Source of the DNA: Hadesarchaea archaeon
Lineage (GTDB): Archaea > Hadarchaeota > Hadarchaeia > Hadarchaeales > Hadarchaeaceae
Length of the DNA: 16,700 bases
Assembly: GCA_030619825.1 (NCBI GenBank)
Contig: JAUXAS010000010.1
Coordinates: forward strand, 1-16,700
Reading direction: 5' to 3'
Part shown: in pieces, positions 6,684-14,135 of the stretch
How the letters are laid out: the number at the start of each line of letters is the position of its first letter
How positions within the stretch are numbered: position 1 is the first letter of the stretch
Made by a program: the position numbers and the translations under genes
Notes under the pieces: model-generated
Databases searched by the model: none
Told to the model about the DNA's origin: nothing
The model's input: the letters and a program-made list of their open reading frames with translations, nothing else

Positions 6684-7721
6684 CTAAAACCTCCTGATAA
6701 ATCTCCATGTGTTCTTCAGCGCATTTTTCCCAGTTGTGGACCTCCACTGGCGAGTAAACTCTTCAATGAATCTGTTACGGGAAAACTGACCAGCCAATTT
6801 CCTAGAACATCTACTGTAGACCAACTTCTCCTCTTTTGAGAGCCCCTTGAACCACCTAATTTTTTTGATAATCTCCTTAGCATCATGTGCTACTAAGTCC
6901 CGAATGTTAAAAAAGGAGAGTCCGTTGGTTGGGGTCGTAATAACAGGCAAACCTGCCGTCATACATTCAAGTCCAGAGACAGAAAAGCTATCGTACCTAG
7001 ATGGTACTAATGAGATGAGAGCGGACTTGATATAGGGTATTATATCCTTTTTCCAACCACGGTAGTTAAGATTCCGAACTTCAGACTTAAGAGATGTGCC
7101 TATGACCACGAAGTTGAACTCTGGAAGGTTCCCTGCAACTTTTTCTAAGATATCGAGACCCTTATTCATATAAGTTCTAGGATCATGCCCCCCTTTTACA
7201 ATGGTAAGGACAATTTTACTATTCATCATTGGTTTTATTTTTACGAGTTCCTTCTGCTTTTCCACTTCTACAAAAGGATACACTTTGATATAATTATCAA
7301 AGCCCATCTCATCAAGTAGTTTTGCGTTTAGATCCCCAACTGCTATAAATAAATCGACCAGTTTTAGTGCGAATTTCGTGAAAATTCTACCTTTGGAACT
7401 AAGTACCATGTTAGATCTATAAAAGTAAAGAATAGGGTCACCAACAATTACAACAAGTTTTTTCCTTCTATCGATGAATTTGGTAGCGACCGAATAGTAA
7501 TCAAGGCATTCAGCGACAACATTTCGAGCCCTCAAGAGATCTAACTTTGATTTGCAAGTTTTCGCTTTAAGTACCTCACCTATAAATTTATGAAAATAAT
7601 GCGGTTTTTCTCTCTTGTTAAAAGCCATAAAATAGGGGAAGAAGACTGTATTTTCCATCCTCTTCGCCGAATTTTTATTATATCGGATTTCTCTTATCTT
7701 CTCACATTCAAAAGTTTTCAC
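6684..7721 (-). CDS. GT-B fold glycosyltransferase family 4 (divergent, AT-rich)
   Basis: KGLDIL, FVVIG, and PSRYDSFSVSGLECMTAGLPVI (ExxxxxxxE motif with D at the first position). GTGA overlap with the upstream GT. Confidence 0.82.
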   Translation of the reverse strand: MKTFECEKIREIRYNKNSAKRMENTVFFPYFMAFNKREKPHYFHKFIGEVLKAKTCKSKLDLLRARNVVAECLDYYSVATKFIDRRKKLVVIVGDPILYFYRSNMVLSSKGRIFTKFALKLVDLFIAVGDLNAKLLDEMGFDNYIKVYPFVEVEKQKELVKIKPMMNSKIVLTIVKGGHDPRTYMNKGLDILEKVAGNLPEFNFVVIGTSLKSEVRNLNYRGWKKDIIPYIKSALISLVPSRYDSFSVSGLECMTAGLPVITTPTNGLSFFNIRDLVAHDAKEIIKKIRWFKGLSKEEKLVYSRCSRKLAGQFSRNRFIEEFTRQWRSTTGKNALKNTWRFIRRF

Positions 7722-8737
7722 GATATCACCATTTCATAGACTTCAATCGTTCTGTCCACCAATTTTTTCCACGAGTGTTCTCTCGCGAACTTTAGATTCC
7801 CTTTGATATCGCATTTGAATTTCCCCTCCTCCAGAACCCTTGGCAGTTCTTCGGGTGTACAGACGTGCGTGTGCGATTTAACATCGGATGGAATTATCGC
7901 ATCTGCTAATGTTACAACTGGCCTTCCGCACGCCATCGCCTCGACCGCCGGCAGTCCGTAGCCCTCAAGCAGGCTAGGGAACACGAAGACATCAAGTGAG
8001 CTGTAAAAGTCGCACAATTCTCCGTCGGGCACGAAGCCCAGGAATTTTATGCGTTTATTCCCTCTAGCGAGTTTCTTCAGATGAGGCATATCTACACCTT
8101 TTCCGGCTATCACGAGTTCAGCATCTAGATCGGCTTCTTTGAACGCCTCGATGAGCAGGCCTACGCGCTTCCGAGGGTCGAGGTAGCCGAGCGTCCCTAT
8201 GCGGTAAATTCCATCGTTTTTGTTCTTTGGTTTTAAGCCCGGCGAGATGCCGAACCTCGTCACCACTATTTTTTCTCTTTCCACACCGAAATGCTCGGTC
8301 AATTCCCTCGCGGTCTGATCACTATTCACAATTATCGCGTCGCTTTTCACCGCACGCTTGCAGGCAAAGGTGAAGTAATTCTTGGAGATGGGTCGAGTAA
8401 GCTTATTTTTGGCGTAGTGCGTTTGAACCATGCCCAGATAAAGCATTGGGATGAGGTCATGGAAAGTAACGACCTTCCTTTTTTTCCCACCCAACCATAG
8501 CGTTTCCATCGGGGTGCACGCGTGATAGATATCGCTACTTGGAATTTTAAAACGGATTTCGAAGGCTGTGTAAGCCAGATACTTCACGCTTCCTTCTCCA
8601 AGTGGTATCCCCCCGTCTTGGCTTACCGTCCTAACTTCGAGGCCTCGCTCCCTCAGGCCCCTCAGCAGTTCCATCGAATATCTGCCTATACCGGCGTTGC
8701 GTAGGTCGAAGAACCTCGTGAGCAAGCATACCTTCAT
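7718..8737 (-). CDS. Glycosyltransferase family 4
   Basis: MKVCLL, GIGRY, VVTFHDLIP, FLGFVPD, FVFPSLLEGYGLPAVEAMACGRPVV, FAREHSW. Confidence 0.93.
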   Translation of the reverse strand: MKVCLLTRFFDLRNAGIGRYSMELLRGLRERGLEVRTVSQDGGIPLGEGSVKYLAYTAFEIRFKIPSSDIYHACTPMETLWLGGKKRKVVTFHDLIPMLYLGMVQTHYAKNKLTRPISKNYFTFACKRAVKSDAIIVNSDQTARELTEHFGVEREKIVVTRFGISPGLKPKNKNDGIYRIGTLGYLDPRKRVGLLIEAFKEADLDAELVIAGKGVDMPHLKKLARGNKRIKFLGFVPDGELCDFYSSLDVFVFPSLLEGYGLPAVEAMACGRPVVTLADAIIPSDVKSHTHVCTPEELPRVLEEGKFKCDIKGNLKFAREHSWKKLVDRTIEVYEMVIS

Positions 8738-8907
8738 CTTTCCGCCGCCAATCCCCTTCTGACCTCTGGCTCAAGCTTCAGGCACTTCTCCAGGTTCTCG
8801 CACTCCAAGCAACCCTCGTCCGGGAAGTTGCCCCCCTCGATCGCCAAGAGGGTCTTGATGCACCCCTCGAGCCCCGGTTCCTCGCACCCGACACCTTTCG
8901 CCACCAT
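8734..8907 (-). CDS. 57-aa Cys-rich microprotein (not in the ORF track)
   Basis: MVAKGVGCEEPGLEGCIKTLLAIEGGNFPDEGCLECENLEKCLKLEPEVRRGLAAER. Five Cys including CxxCxxxxxC. Stop overlaps the GT4 start (ATGA). Host-like G/C-ending codons. Confidence 0.7.
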   Translation of the reverse strand: MVAKGVGCEEPGLEGCIKTLLAIEGGNFPDEGCLECENLEKCLKLEPEVRRGLAAER

Positions 8908-8944
8908 CAACTTAACCCTGAAAAGTTTTGTGTAGTACTACCCG

Positions 8945-9010
8945 AAAGTTTCCCAAGCTGTGGCGGGCCGCGGCGGTCGCGTCGTGTCTCCCGGGACCAG
9001 GCCCCGCCGC
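8945..9010. repeat. GC-rich structured element, copy 1 (candidate cis-regulatory RNA/DNA element)
   Basis: 56 of 67 aligned positions match 14033-14099. Contains the perfect inverted repeat GCGGCGG/CCGCCGC. Confidence 0.75.
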
Positions 9011-9340
9011 GCTCGGGGAATATGAGGGGATTGAACCCGTCCCTGCCACGTACTCGTTCAGCGCGGTTCATTACGCCGCCGGTGCCTTTCGCCGCATCAT
9101 TCATTTTGACTACCTCAGACCTAGCCTTCTCTTCAACTTTCTTACAAGTCCTTTAGGGGGGCGGCCGAGATTCGCCAACCGTCTCCCACTTTTTTACGTC
9201 CGGTGAAAGACCGCACTAGCATGCGGGGCGATTTTTCCGGACGGTACGAGAACGTGGGCCGGTTTCCGGCGCCCGGTCCCCAAACACCAATTCTCCCTTT
9301 GCTAAAAAGTCTTACCCCTTCCGAGGGTGAAAAATGTTCC

Positions 9341-9395
9341 AACGTCATCCGCCGAACCAACGTCATTCACCGATACTAATAACGTCTTTCAACGA
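9341..9395. promoter_or_regulatory. Three imperfect 15-bp direct repeats, candidate transcription-factor sites
   Basis: AACGTCATCCGCCGA (9341), AACGTCATTCACCGA (9359) and AACGTCTTTCAACGA (9381) in the divergent intergenic region. Confidence 0.55.
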
Positions 9396-9453
9396 TAATT
9401 TTGGGCAAAAGGAGGCTGGAAAAAGCTTATTTTCGGCGTAGCACCCTTGGTTC

Positions 9454-9503
9454 GCAACCTTTAAATACAGCCCAATTAGAGTTCAGCCCGTACAAAAGAG
9501 GAG
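9454..9503 (+). promoter_or_regulatory. BRE/TATA promoter (TTTAAATA, 9460-9467) and SD (GAGGAG, 9498-9503) of the surface-protein gene
   Basis: Canonical archaeal TATA box about 45-50 nt upstream of ATG 9512, with a strong SD. Confidence 0.7.
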
Positions 9504-9511
9504 AAAATTAG

Positions 9512-12307
9512 ATGAAACAACATGCAGCAATAGTGATCGCAGCCCTAATGATAACTTCGATGGCATTCGCGGTATCGACGACCAGCGTCAGCGCGTCGCA
9601 CGAGCGGACGGCGAGCATCGACGACGACTCCGTTAAGGGCGACACCGCGATGATACGCGTGATAACGATTGCGAACGATGGCCCAGACGCGATCGACACC
9701 GTTTGGATAATCGTGCCTGAGAGCTGGGGAGCTGAAGCTGTAAAACAGGTGCCGGTGGATAACATCGTAAGCACCGCTAGTGGCAACGAGGTGGTTCTTC
9801 CGGCAGGTACCGTGGTGCAGCTACTTGGAAACGTGACAGTGACTTTGGCTGAGAACACGGACGTGATCGTGGTCAAGGGTGGATGGATCTATGTGGATGA
9901 GGTAGAGGAGAACACGAGGCTCAACGAGAACGCGATGGTCGAAGTAAGGCAACCGACTACAACTACAGGGGTAGGTATCCCAGACGGCGAGAACATCGGG
10001 GTGACGGGAGAGATATCAGTGGATCTAACCACCGACAATCAGCTAAGACTGCTCGCCGACACCATGGTGTTGACGAGGGGGGACAATATAGTGGAGTTGC
10101 CCGAGAACACAATGCTAGAGTTGTTTAAGGCGAATGACGATGATATTGCCCTAGATGAAAACGTCAAGACCACGCTGAATGTAACAGTAACACTGAACAA
10201 CAATAAGGTGAGAATGGTCACGGATAAACCGAGCAACCTCAAGGGCTTCGACATCCCAACGGGCGAAAACATCACGCTGACCGGTGATAACGAGGTCGTG
10301 ATACCAGCGGACACCGTCGTGCAGCTTGTTGGAACTGCGAGTATACAGATACCCGAGAACACCGATGTGATAAGGGAGAACGGCAAGCAATTGGATGTTA
10401 CTGGAGCGGTCATGGAGAATTTGCCGACGAAATGGACTCAAGATAACAAAATAAGCACCCTCCCACCGGGCACCTGCGTGGAATGGGTAGGCGACGAGAA
10501 CAACCAGATCGCAAGTGGCGAATCTCTCGACTTCCCGTTCGCATTCACGTCGCCCGGTAGCGGAGACTACACGATATACGTGAGGACGGTGGATACCAAG
10601 GGGGCAGTCAAACAGACGGAGATCGCCCTGACGACCGACAACACTCTGCCAACCGTCGAAGAAATAGCTGTGTCTCCCGAGTGGGCCAAGGCCAACACGG
10701 CGGTTACCATCACGGTTACGGCGAGTGAGCCTCTCGCAAGACTCGACAACGTGCTGGTGGCCGAGAACTTGGCACCCGAGAACTCTGCAGCGACGTTCGT
10801 TTCCGTCAGTGCCGATAAGAAGGTCTGGACTTGGACCTACACGACCACCGACAACGAGAACCGCGATGGTACAGCGAATATCTATGTTCTTGCGGCTGAC
10901 TTCGAGGACTTGGTCGGCAACGAGGGTGAAGGAGGCGCCGAGAACACATTCACCGTGGACAGGATTGCACCTCCAATGCCAGTTCTTTCGGAGATTTCAG
11001 GTTTCCCAGAGGATAATATTGCTATTCCAGATATGCCGGGCATACAGACAAATACAGCCGTGTGGTTCATCGAGAACGAGGCCATGGATAACTTCCTAGG
11101 AAGCCTTGTGCACCTGGAGGGAGGAACGGTCAAGATCCGCGTCGGCACCACAGTGCACACTTTGACCCCCACAGTGTCGGGCTACTACAGCAAGTCGATA
11201 ACGCTGACCGAGGGAACCCAAGAGGTGGGCATCTGGTACATCGACCGAGCGGGCAACGTGGGCGAGGAGAACGCCGAGAACGTTACACTGGATACGAAGG
11301 CCCCATCCATAGCGTGGGGCACGATCGCGGGGGAGGCATTGACGGACGGCGTGCAAATCAACGACAATACACCGAAAATAACGCTCACGATCAGCGACGC
11401 TGGCTTGGGCGTGGACAACATCCCCTTCAACGCGGACGAGAACGAGGGTTATAGGGTGCAGCTCTGGAACGCGAACAAGGTTTCAATCGATAACTTGGTC
11501 AACGCCCTAGCGCACGACAACAACGTCCTAGATTTCGAGAACACGATTCCCGAGCTGGGCGACAACACGTACTACATCTACGCGGTGGCCGGAGACAACC
11601 TGCAGATGGAGAACAAACTCGTCAAATTCGTGATCGACACGGCCGCGCCTAGTGCACCAAAGGTTGACGCTGCGTACCTGATCGATAGCACGGTGGATGC
11701 TCCATTGGTGGTCAAGAGAGCCTCGCGCACCATTGCCGGTACCGCGGAGGCGGGAGCGGATATCACGGTATACGGAACTGTCGACACCACCGAAAAGGTC
11801 TTGGACACCGTCACCGCTGGATCGGACGACAAGTGGACAGCGACCTTCACGCTGACTGCCGGGTCGAACACCAAGATCGAGGTATCAGCGACAGACGAGG
11901 CAGGCAACGAGGGCTCCAGAGAGCTCTACGGGTGGATGCTGGCGGACGCGAGCGCCCCGACGGTGACTTTGGACGAGGTGCCGGATACTACGGACAAGAC
12001 AAGCATCACAATCAGCGGAACGGTGACCAAGGACGCGTGGGAGGACTGGTCGGAAATAACGCTGACGGTGCAGGTCGGAGTTGGAAAAGTGGAAGTGCCT
12101 TGCGTCGGGGGCAGCTACGAGTACAGCGTGGCGCTCTCAGAGGGCCCGAACACGATCGTCGTGCAGGCAACAGATGATATCGGCAACCCGAGCACTGCGG
12201 CAACTGATGTGGTCGAGCGAACGGTTACACCATGGTCGATCTACGCGATTATCTTGGTGATAGTCGCGCTGATACTGGCTGCGGTTGCAATATTCCGGAA
12301 GAGGTAG
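9512..12307 (+). CDS. Large secreted, C-terminally membrane-anchored Ig-like repeat surface (S-layer-like) protein
   Basis: N-terminal signal peptide. Acidic, Thr/Val-rich beta sequence. Several Ig-like modules with DxAGN/DxxGN and D.xAP motifs. C-terminal TM helix followed by RKR. Confidence 0.88.
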   Translation: MKQHAAIVIAALMITSMAFAVSTTSVSASHERTASIDDDSVKGDTAMIRVITIANDGPDAIDTVWIIVPESWGAEAVKQVPVDNIVSTASGNEVVLPAGTVVQLLGNVTVTLAENTDVIVVKGGWIYVDEVEENTRLNENAMVEVRQPTTTTGVGIPDGENIGVTGEISVDLTTDNQLRLLADTMVLTRGDNIVELPENTMLELFKANDDDIALDENVKTTLNVTVTLNNNKVRMVTDKPSNLKGFDIPTGENITLTGDNEVVIPADTVVQLVGTASIQIPENTDVIRENGKQLDVTGAVMENLPTKWTQDNKISTLPPGTCVEWVGDENNQIASGESLDFPFAFTSPGSGDYTIYVRTVDTKGAVKQTEIALTTDNTLPTVEEIAVSPEWAKANTAVTITVTASEPLARLDNVLVAENLAPENSAATFVSVSADKKVWTWTYTTTDNENRDGTANIYVLAADFEDLVGNEGEGGAENTFTVDRIAPPMPVLSEISGFPEDNIAIPDMPGIQTNTAVWFIENEAMDNFLGSLVHLEGGTVKIRVGTTVHTLTPTVSGYYSKSITLTEGTQEVGIWYIDRAGNVGEENAENVTLDTKAPSIAWGTIAGEALTDGVQINDNTPKITLTISDAGLGVDNIPFNADENEGYRVQLWNANKVSIDNLVNALAHDNNVLDFENTIPELGDNTYYIYAVAGDNLQMENKLVKFVIDTAAPSAPKVDAAYLIDSTVDAPLVVKRASRTIAGTAEAGADITVYGTVDTTEKVLDTVTAGSDDKWTATFTLTAGSNTKIEVSATDEAGNEGSRELYGWMLADASAPTVTLDEVPDTTDKTSITISGTVTKDAWEDWSEITLTVQVGVGKVEVPCVGGSYEYSVALSEGPNTIVVQATDDIGNPSTAATDVVERTVTPWSIYAIILVIVALILAAVAIFRKR

Positions 12308-12352
12308 GGGGGAAACGCCAATCAACCCCCTTACTTTTTTGTTTTTTATTTT
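12308..12352 (+). terminator. Putative terminator (GGGGG/CCCCC stem followed by T-tracts)
   Basis: GGGGG 12308-12312 and CCCCC 12326-12330, then TTTTTTGTTTTTTATTTT, directly after the stop codon. Confidence 0.65.
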
Positions 12353-12386
12353 GTAATGAGGCTGAGGCATCGGAGCGGCGAATAGC

Positions 12387-12629
12387 GTGATGCTGATCCC
12401 AATCCTGTCCGCGGAAGTGGCAGTCTGTCTGTTGGCGGGGATTCTGTTCGGTATAAAAGACATACCGTTGCGCGCCGCCGCCGTTTTCGCGTTGGTCTTT
12501 TTCCTCGCCTCGCCCTTGCTGATCAACCAGGTGATGGGCGTATACGATTTCCAGTTCCTGCTCATCGTTTCCGGGCTCGGGGCCGCGTATTTCGCGTTGG
12601 GGTGGATGTGGACGGAGGGAAATTGCTGA
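12387..12629 (+). CDS. Small hydrophobic membrane protein (about 3 TM)
   Basis: 80 aa, almost entirely hydrophobic in three segments. Fills the gap between the terminator and the cetZ promoter. Confidence 0.6.
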   Translation: MMLIPILSAEVAVCLLAGILFGIKDIPLRAAAVFALVFFLASPLLINQVMGVYDFQFLLIVSGLGAAYFALGWMWTEGNC

Positions 12630-12693
12630 TTAAAGCATCGTAAACTCCTTCATTTCCATTATGCAACAAAAAAGTAAGATAGTCGGATAACAT

Positions 12694-12734
12694 AACATTT
12701 ATATGTAAATAAATGGCAAAAAAATGGGGGTGAG
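12694..12734 (+). promoter_or_regulatory. TATA box (TTTATAT, 12698-12704) and SD (GGGGTGAGG) for cetZ
   Basis: AT-rich box about 35-40 nt upstream of ATG 12739. The SD ends 4 nt before that ATG. Confidence 0.6.
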
Positions 12735-12738
12735 GCCG

Positions 12739-13797
12739 ATGAGGGTAGGCGTTATCGGAATCGGGCAAGCCGGAGGGCGGATAACAGATTCGCTTTTAGA
12801 AAGTGTTAAGAAAAATGTGAAAGTTTCAGAAAAAGTGATCCCGTTTTCTTTCGCGATCAACACGGCCAAGTCCGACCTCATGGGGCTGAAGAGGGTGCCG
12901 AGAAGGAACAGGATTCTCATAGGCCAAACGGTGTCGAGAGGTCACGGGGTCGGGCTGAAGCGAAATGTTAGTAAGCGGATAATAAAGCAGGAATTGAGTT
13001 CGATCAAGCGGGAGATCGGGACGGAGGAGACTTACCACCTCGATTCGTTTCTGATCGTGATCGGGCTGGGCGGCGGAACCGGATCGGGCAGCGCGCCGGC
13101 CCTAGCCGAGGAGCTCGCGGACACCTACGAGCTGCCGGTGCACGTTATCGGGGTCCTGCCGAGCAAGGCCGAGGGGAGGTTGATGGAGGACAACGCGGCG
13201 AGGACTATCGGCGAGCTGAAGAAGGTGACCGACGGCATGATCTTGTTCGACAATGAGATCTGGAGCACGTCCGGGGTGTCCTTGAAGAAAAGCTATCAGA
13301 TGATGAACTACGAGCTCGCGAGGGCTTTCCCATTTTTGCTGCAGGCAGGGGAAACCAAGGGGAAGATGGTCGGTATGAAGGTGGTCGACGCTTCGGACAT
13401 CATGGCGACACTAGACGGCTTTTCCGTGCTGGGGTGGTCAGAGGTGAGGGTCCCGAGGAGGTTCCCCTTCAGGAAGGGGACATCGATCGACAGGCTCGAC
13501 ACCACGACTAGGTGCGAGATGGCCATCATCAACGCGTCTTCGAGGCTCACCGCCCAATGCGATATGAAAAATGTGGGGAACGTTTTGTCCCTGCTGGTCG
13601 GCCCTTCAAAAGAGCTGCCTAGGGCGGGGATCGAGAGAAGCAAGCGGTGGATCGCAAACGCCATGCCAAACGCGAGGCTGAGGGCTGGAGATCTCCCGAT
13701 GCGGTGGACTAGGAGACTGGCGAGGAAAGGGGTAATGGGAATCCTGATGCTGTCCGGAATCAGGAATTTCCCGAGGGTCAAAAAACTCAAACGATAG
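12739..13797 (+). CDS. cetZ: Tubulin/FtsZ-superfamily GTPase, CetZ type
   Basis: IGIGQAGGRI, AINTAKSDL, LIGQ...GHGVG, tubulin signature GGGTGSG, LFDNE and VVDASDI. These are CetZ-type rather than FtsZ-type motifs, and there is no FtsZ C-terminal tail. ATG 12739 has the SD (ORF track start is 12724). Confidence 0.88.
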   Translation: MRVGVIGIGQAGGRITDSLLESVKKNVKVSEKVIPFSFAINTAKSDLMGLKRVPRRNRILIGQTVSRGHGVGLKRNVSKRIIKQELSSIKREIGTEETYHLDSFLIVIGLGGGTGSGSAPALAEELADTYELPVHVIGVLPSKAEGRLMEDNAARTIGELKKVTDGMILFDNEIWSTSGVSLKKSYQMMNYELARAFPFLLQAGETKGKMVGMKVVDASDIMATLDGFSVLGWSEVRVPRRFPFRKGTSIDRLDTTTRCEMAIINASSRLTAQCDMKNVGNVLSLLVGPSKELPRAGIERSKRWIANAMPNARLRAGDLPMRWTRRLARKGVMGILMLSGIRNFPRVKKLKR

Positions 13798-13818
13798 AAA
13801 CTGCTAGGGCGACGAGCT

Positions 13819-14007
13819 TCACTCCACCGCCTTATTTTTCTTCTTGAGCACCACTCGGCTGTGCACCTCGTCGATCTCTATCTCGATCTCCTCGCCGTCC
13901 TCGAACGGCCAGCGGGGGTCATCGACCACCGACTGGGGCATCACGAAGTACTCTGGTCTTGCGAACATCCCTTTCTTGTGCACGATTCTATGTTTCTCGC
14001 CACCCAT
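13819..14007 (-). CDS. Small AbrB/MazE/SpoVT-like DNA-binding protein
   Basis: YFVMPQSVVDDPRWPFEDGEEIEIEID...VVLKK matches the archaeal AbrB-like pattern (P..V..D..FPF..GEEV.I.ID). SD GAGGGGGT upstream. Confidence 0.72.
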   Translation of the reverse strand: MGGEKHRIVHKKGMFARPEYFVMPQSVVDDPRWPFEDGEEIEIEIDEVHSRVVLKKKNKAVE

Positions 14008-14032
14008 ACTGTTACCCCCTCAACTTTATTTC

Positions 14033-14099
14033 AAAGTTTTCTAAGTTGTGGCGGACCGCGGCGGTCGCGTGGTAATTCCCCGGAACTAGGCCCCGCCGC
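14033..14099. repeat. GC-rich structured element, copy 2
   Basis: Homolog of 8945-9010. Intergenic, between the surface-protein stop and the AbrB-like start. Confidence 0.75.
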
Positions 14100-14135
14100 A
14101 CCCCCGACCTGATAAAAGTTTGTATTTCCGATTGA

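Noticed and set aside
8960..9049. tRNA, 5S rRNA, SRP Alu or HDV-like ribozyme identity for the structured element
   Set aside because: A T-loop-like GGGTTCAATCCC on the - strand (9027-9038) has a 6-nt loop and no cloverleaf around it. The 5S/Alu likeness is limited to short GC-rich words. I could not build the HDV P3/P1.1 elements in both copies.
8907..9104. 65-aa - strand ORF with SD-like GAGGTAG whose stop overlaps the next ATG
   Set aside because: The translation has no recognisable features and runs through the repeated element, whose second copy is intergenic. It could be a leader peptide, but support is insufficient.
9725..10435. Intein in the surface protein
   Set aside because: No Cys/Ser N-terminal block, His-Asn C-terminal block or LAGLIDADG motifs were found.
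10039..12203. Antisense and alternate-frame ORFs within the 931-aa gene (and similar shadows in tfe, cetZ and the 14136-16700 gene)
   Set aside because: They are shadow ORFs expected from GC-rich codon bias, fully overlap well-supported genes and carry no motifs.
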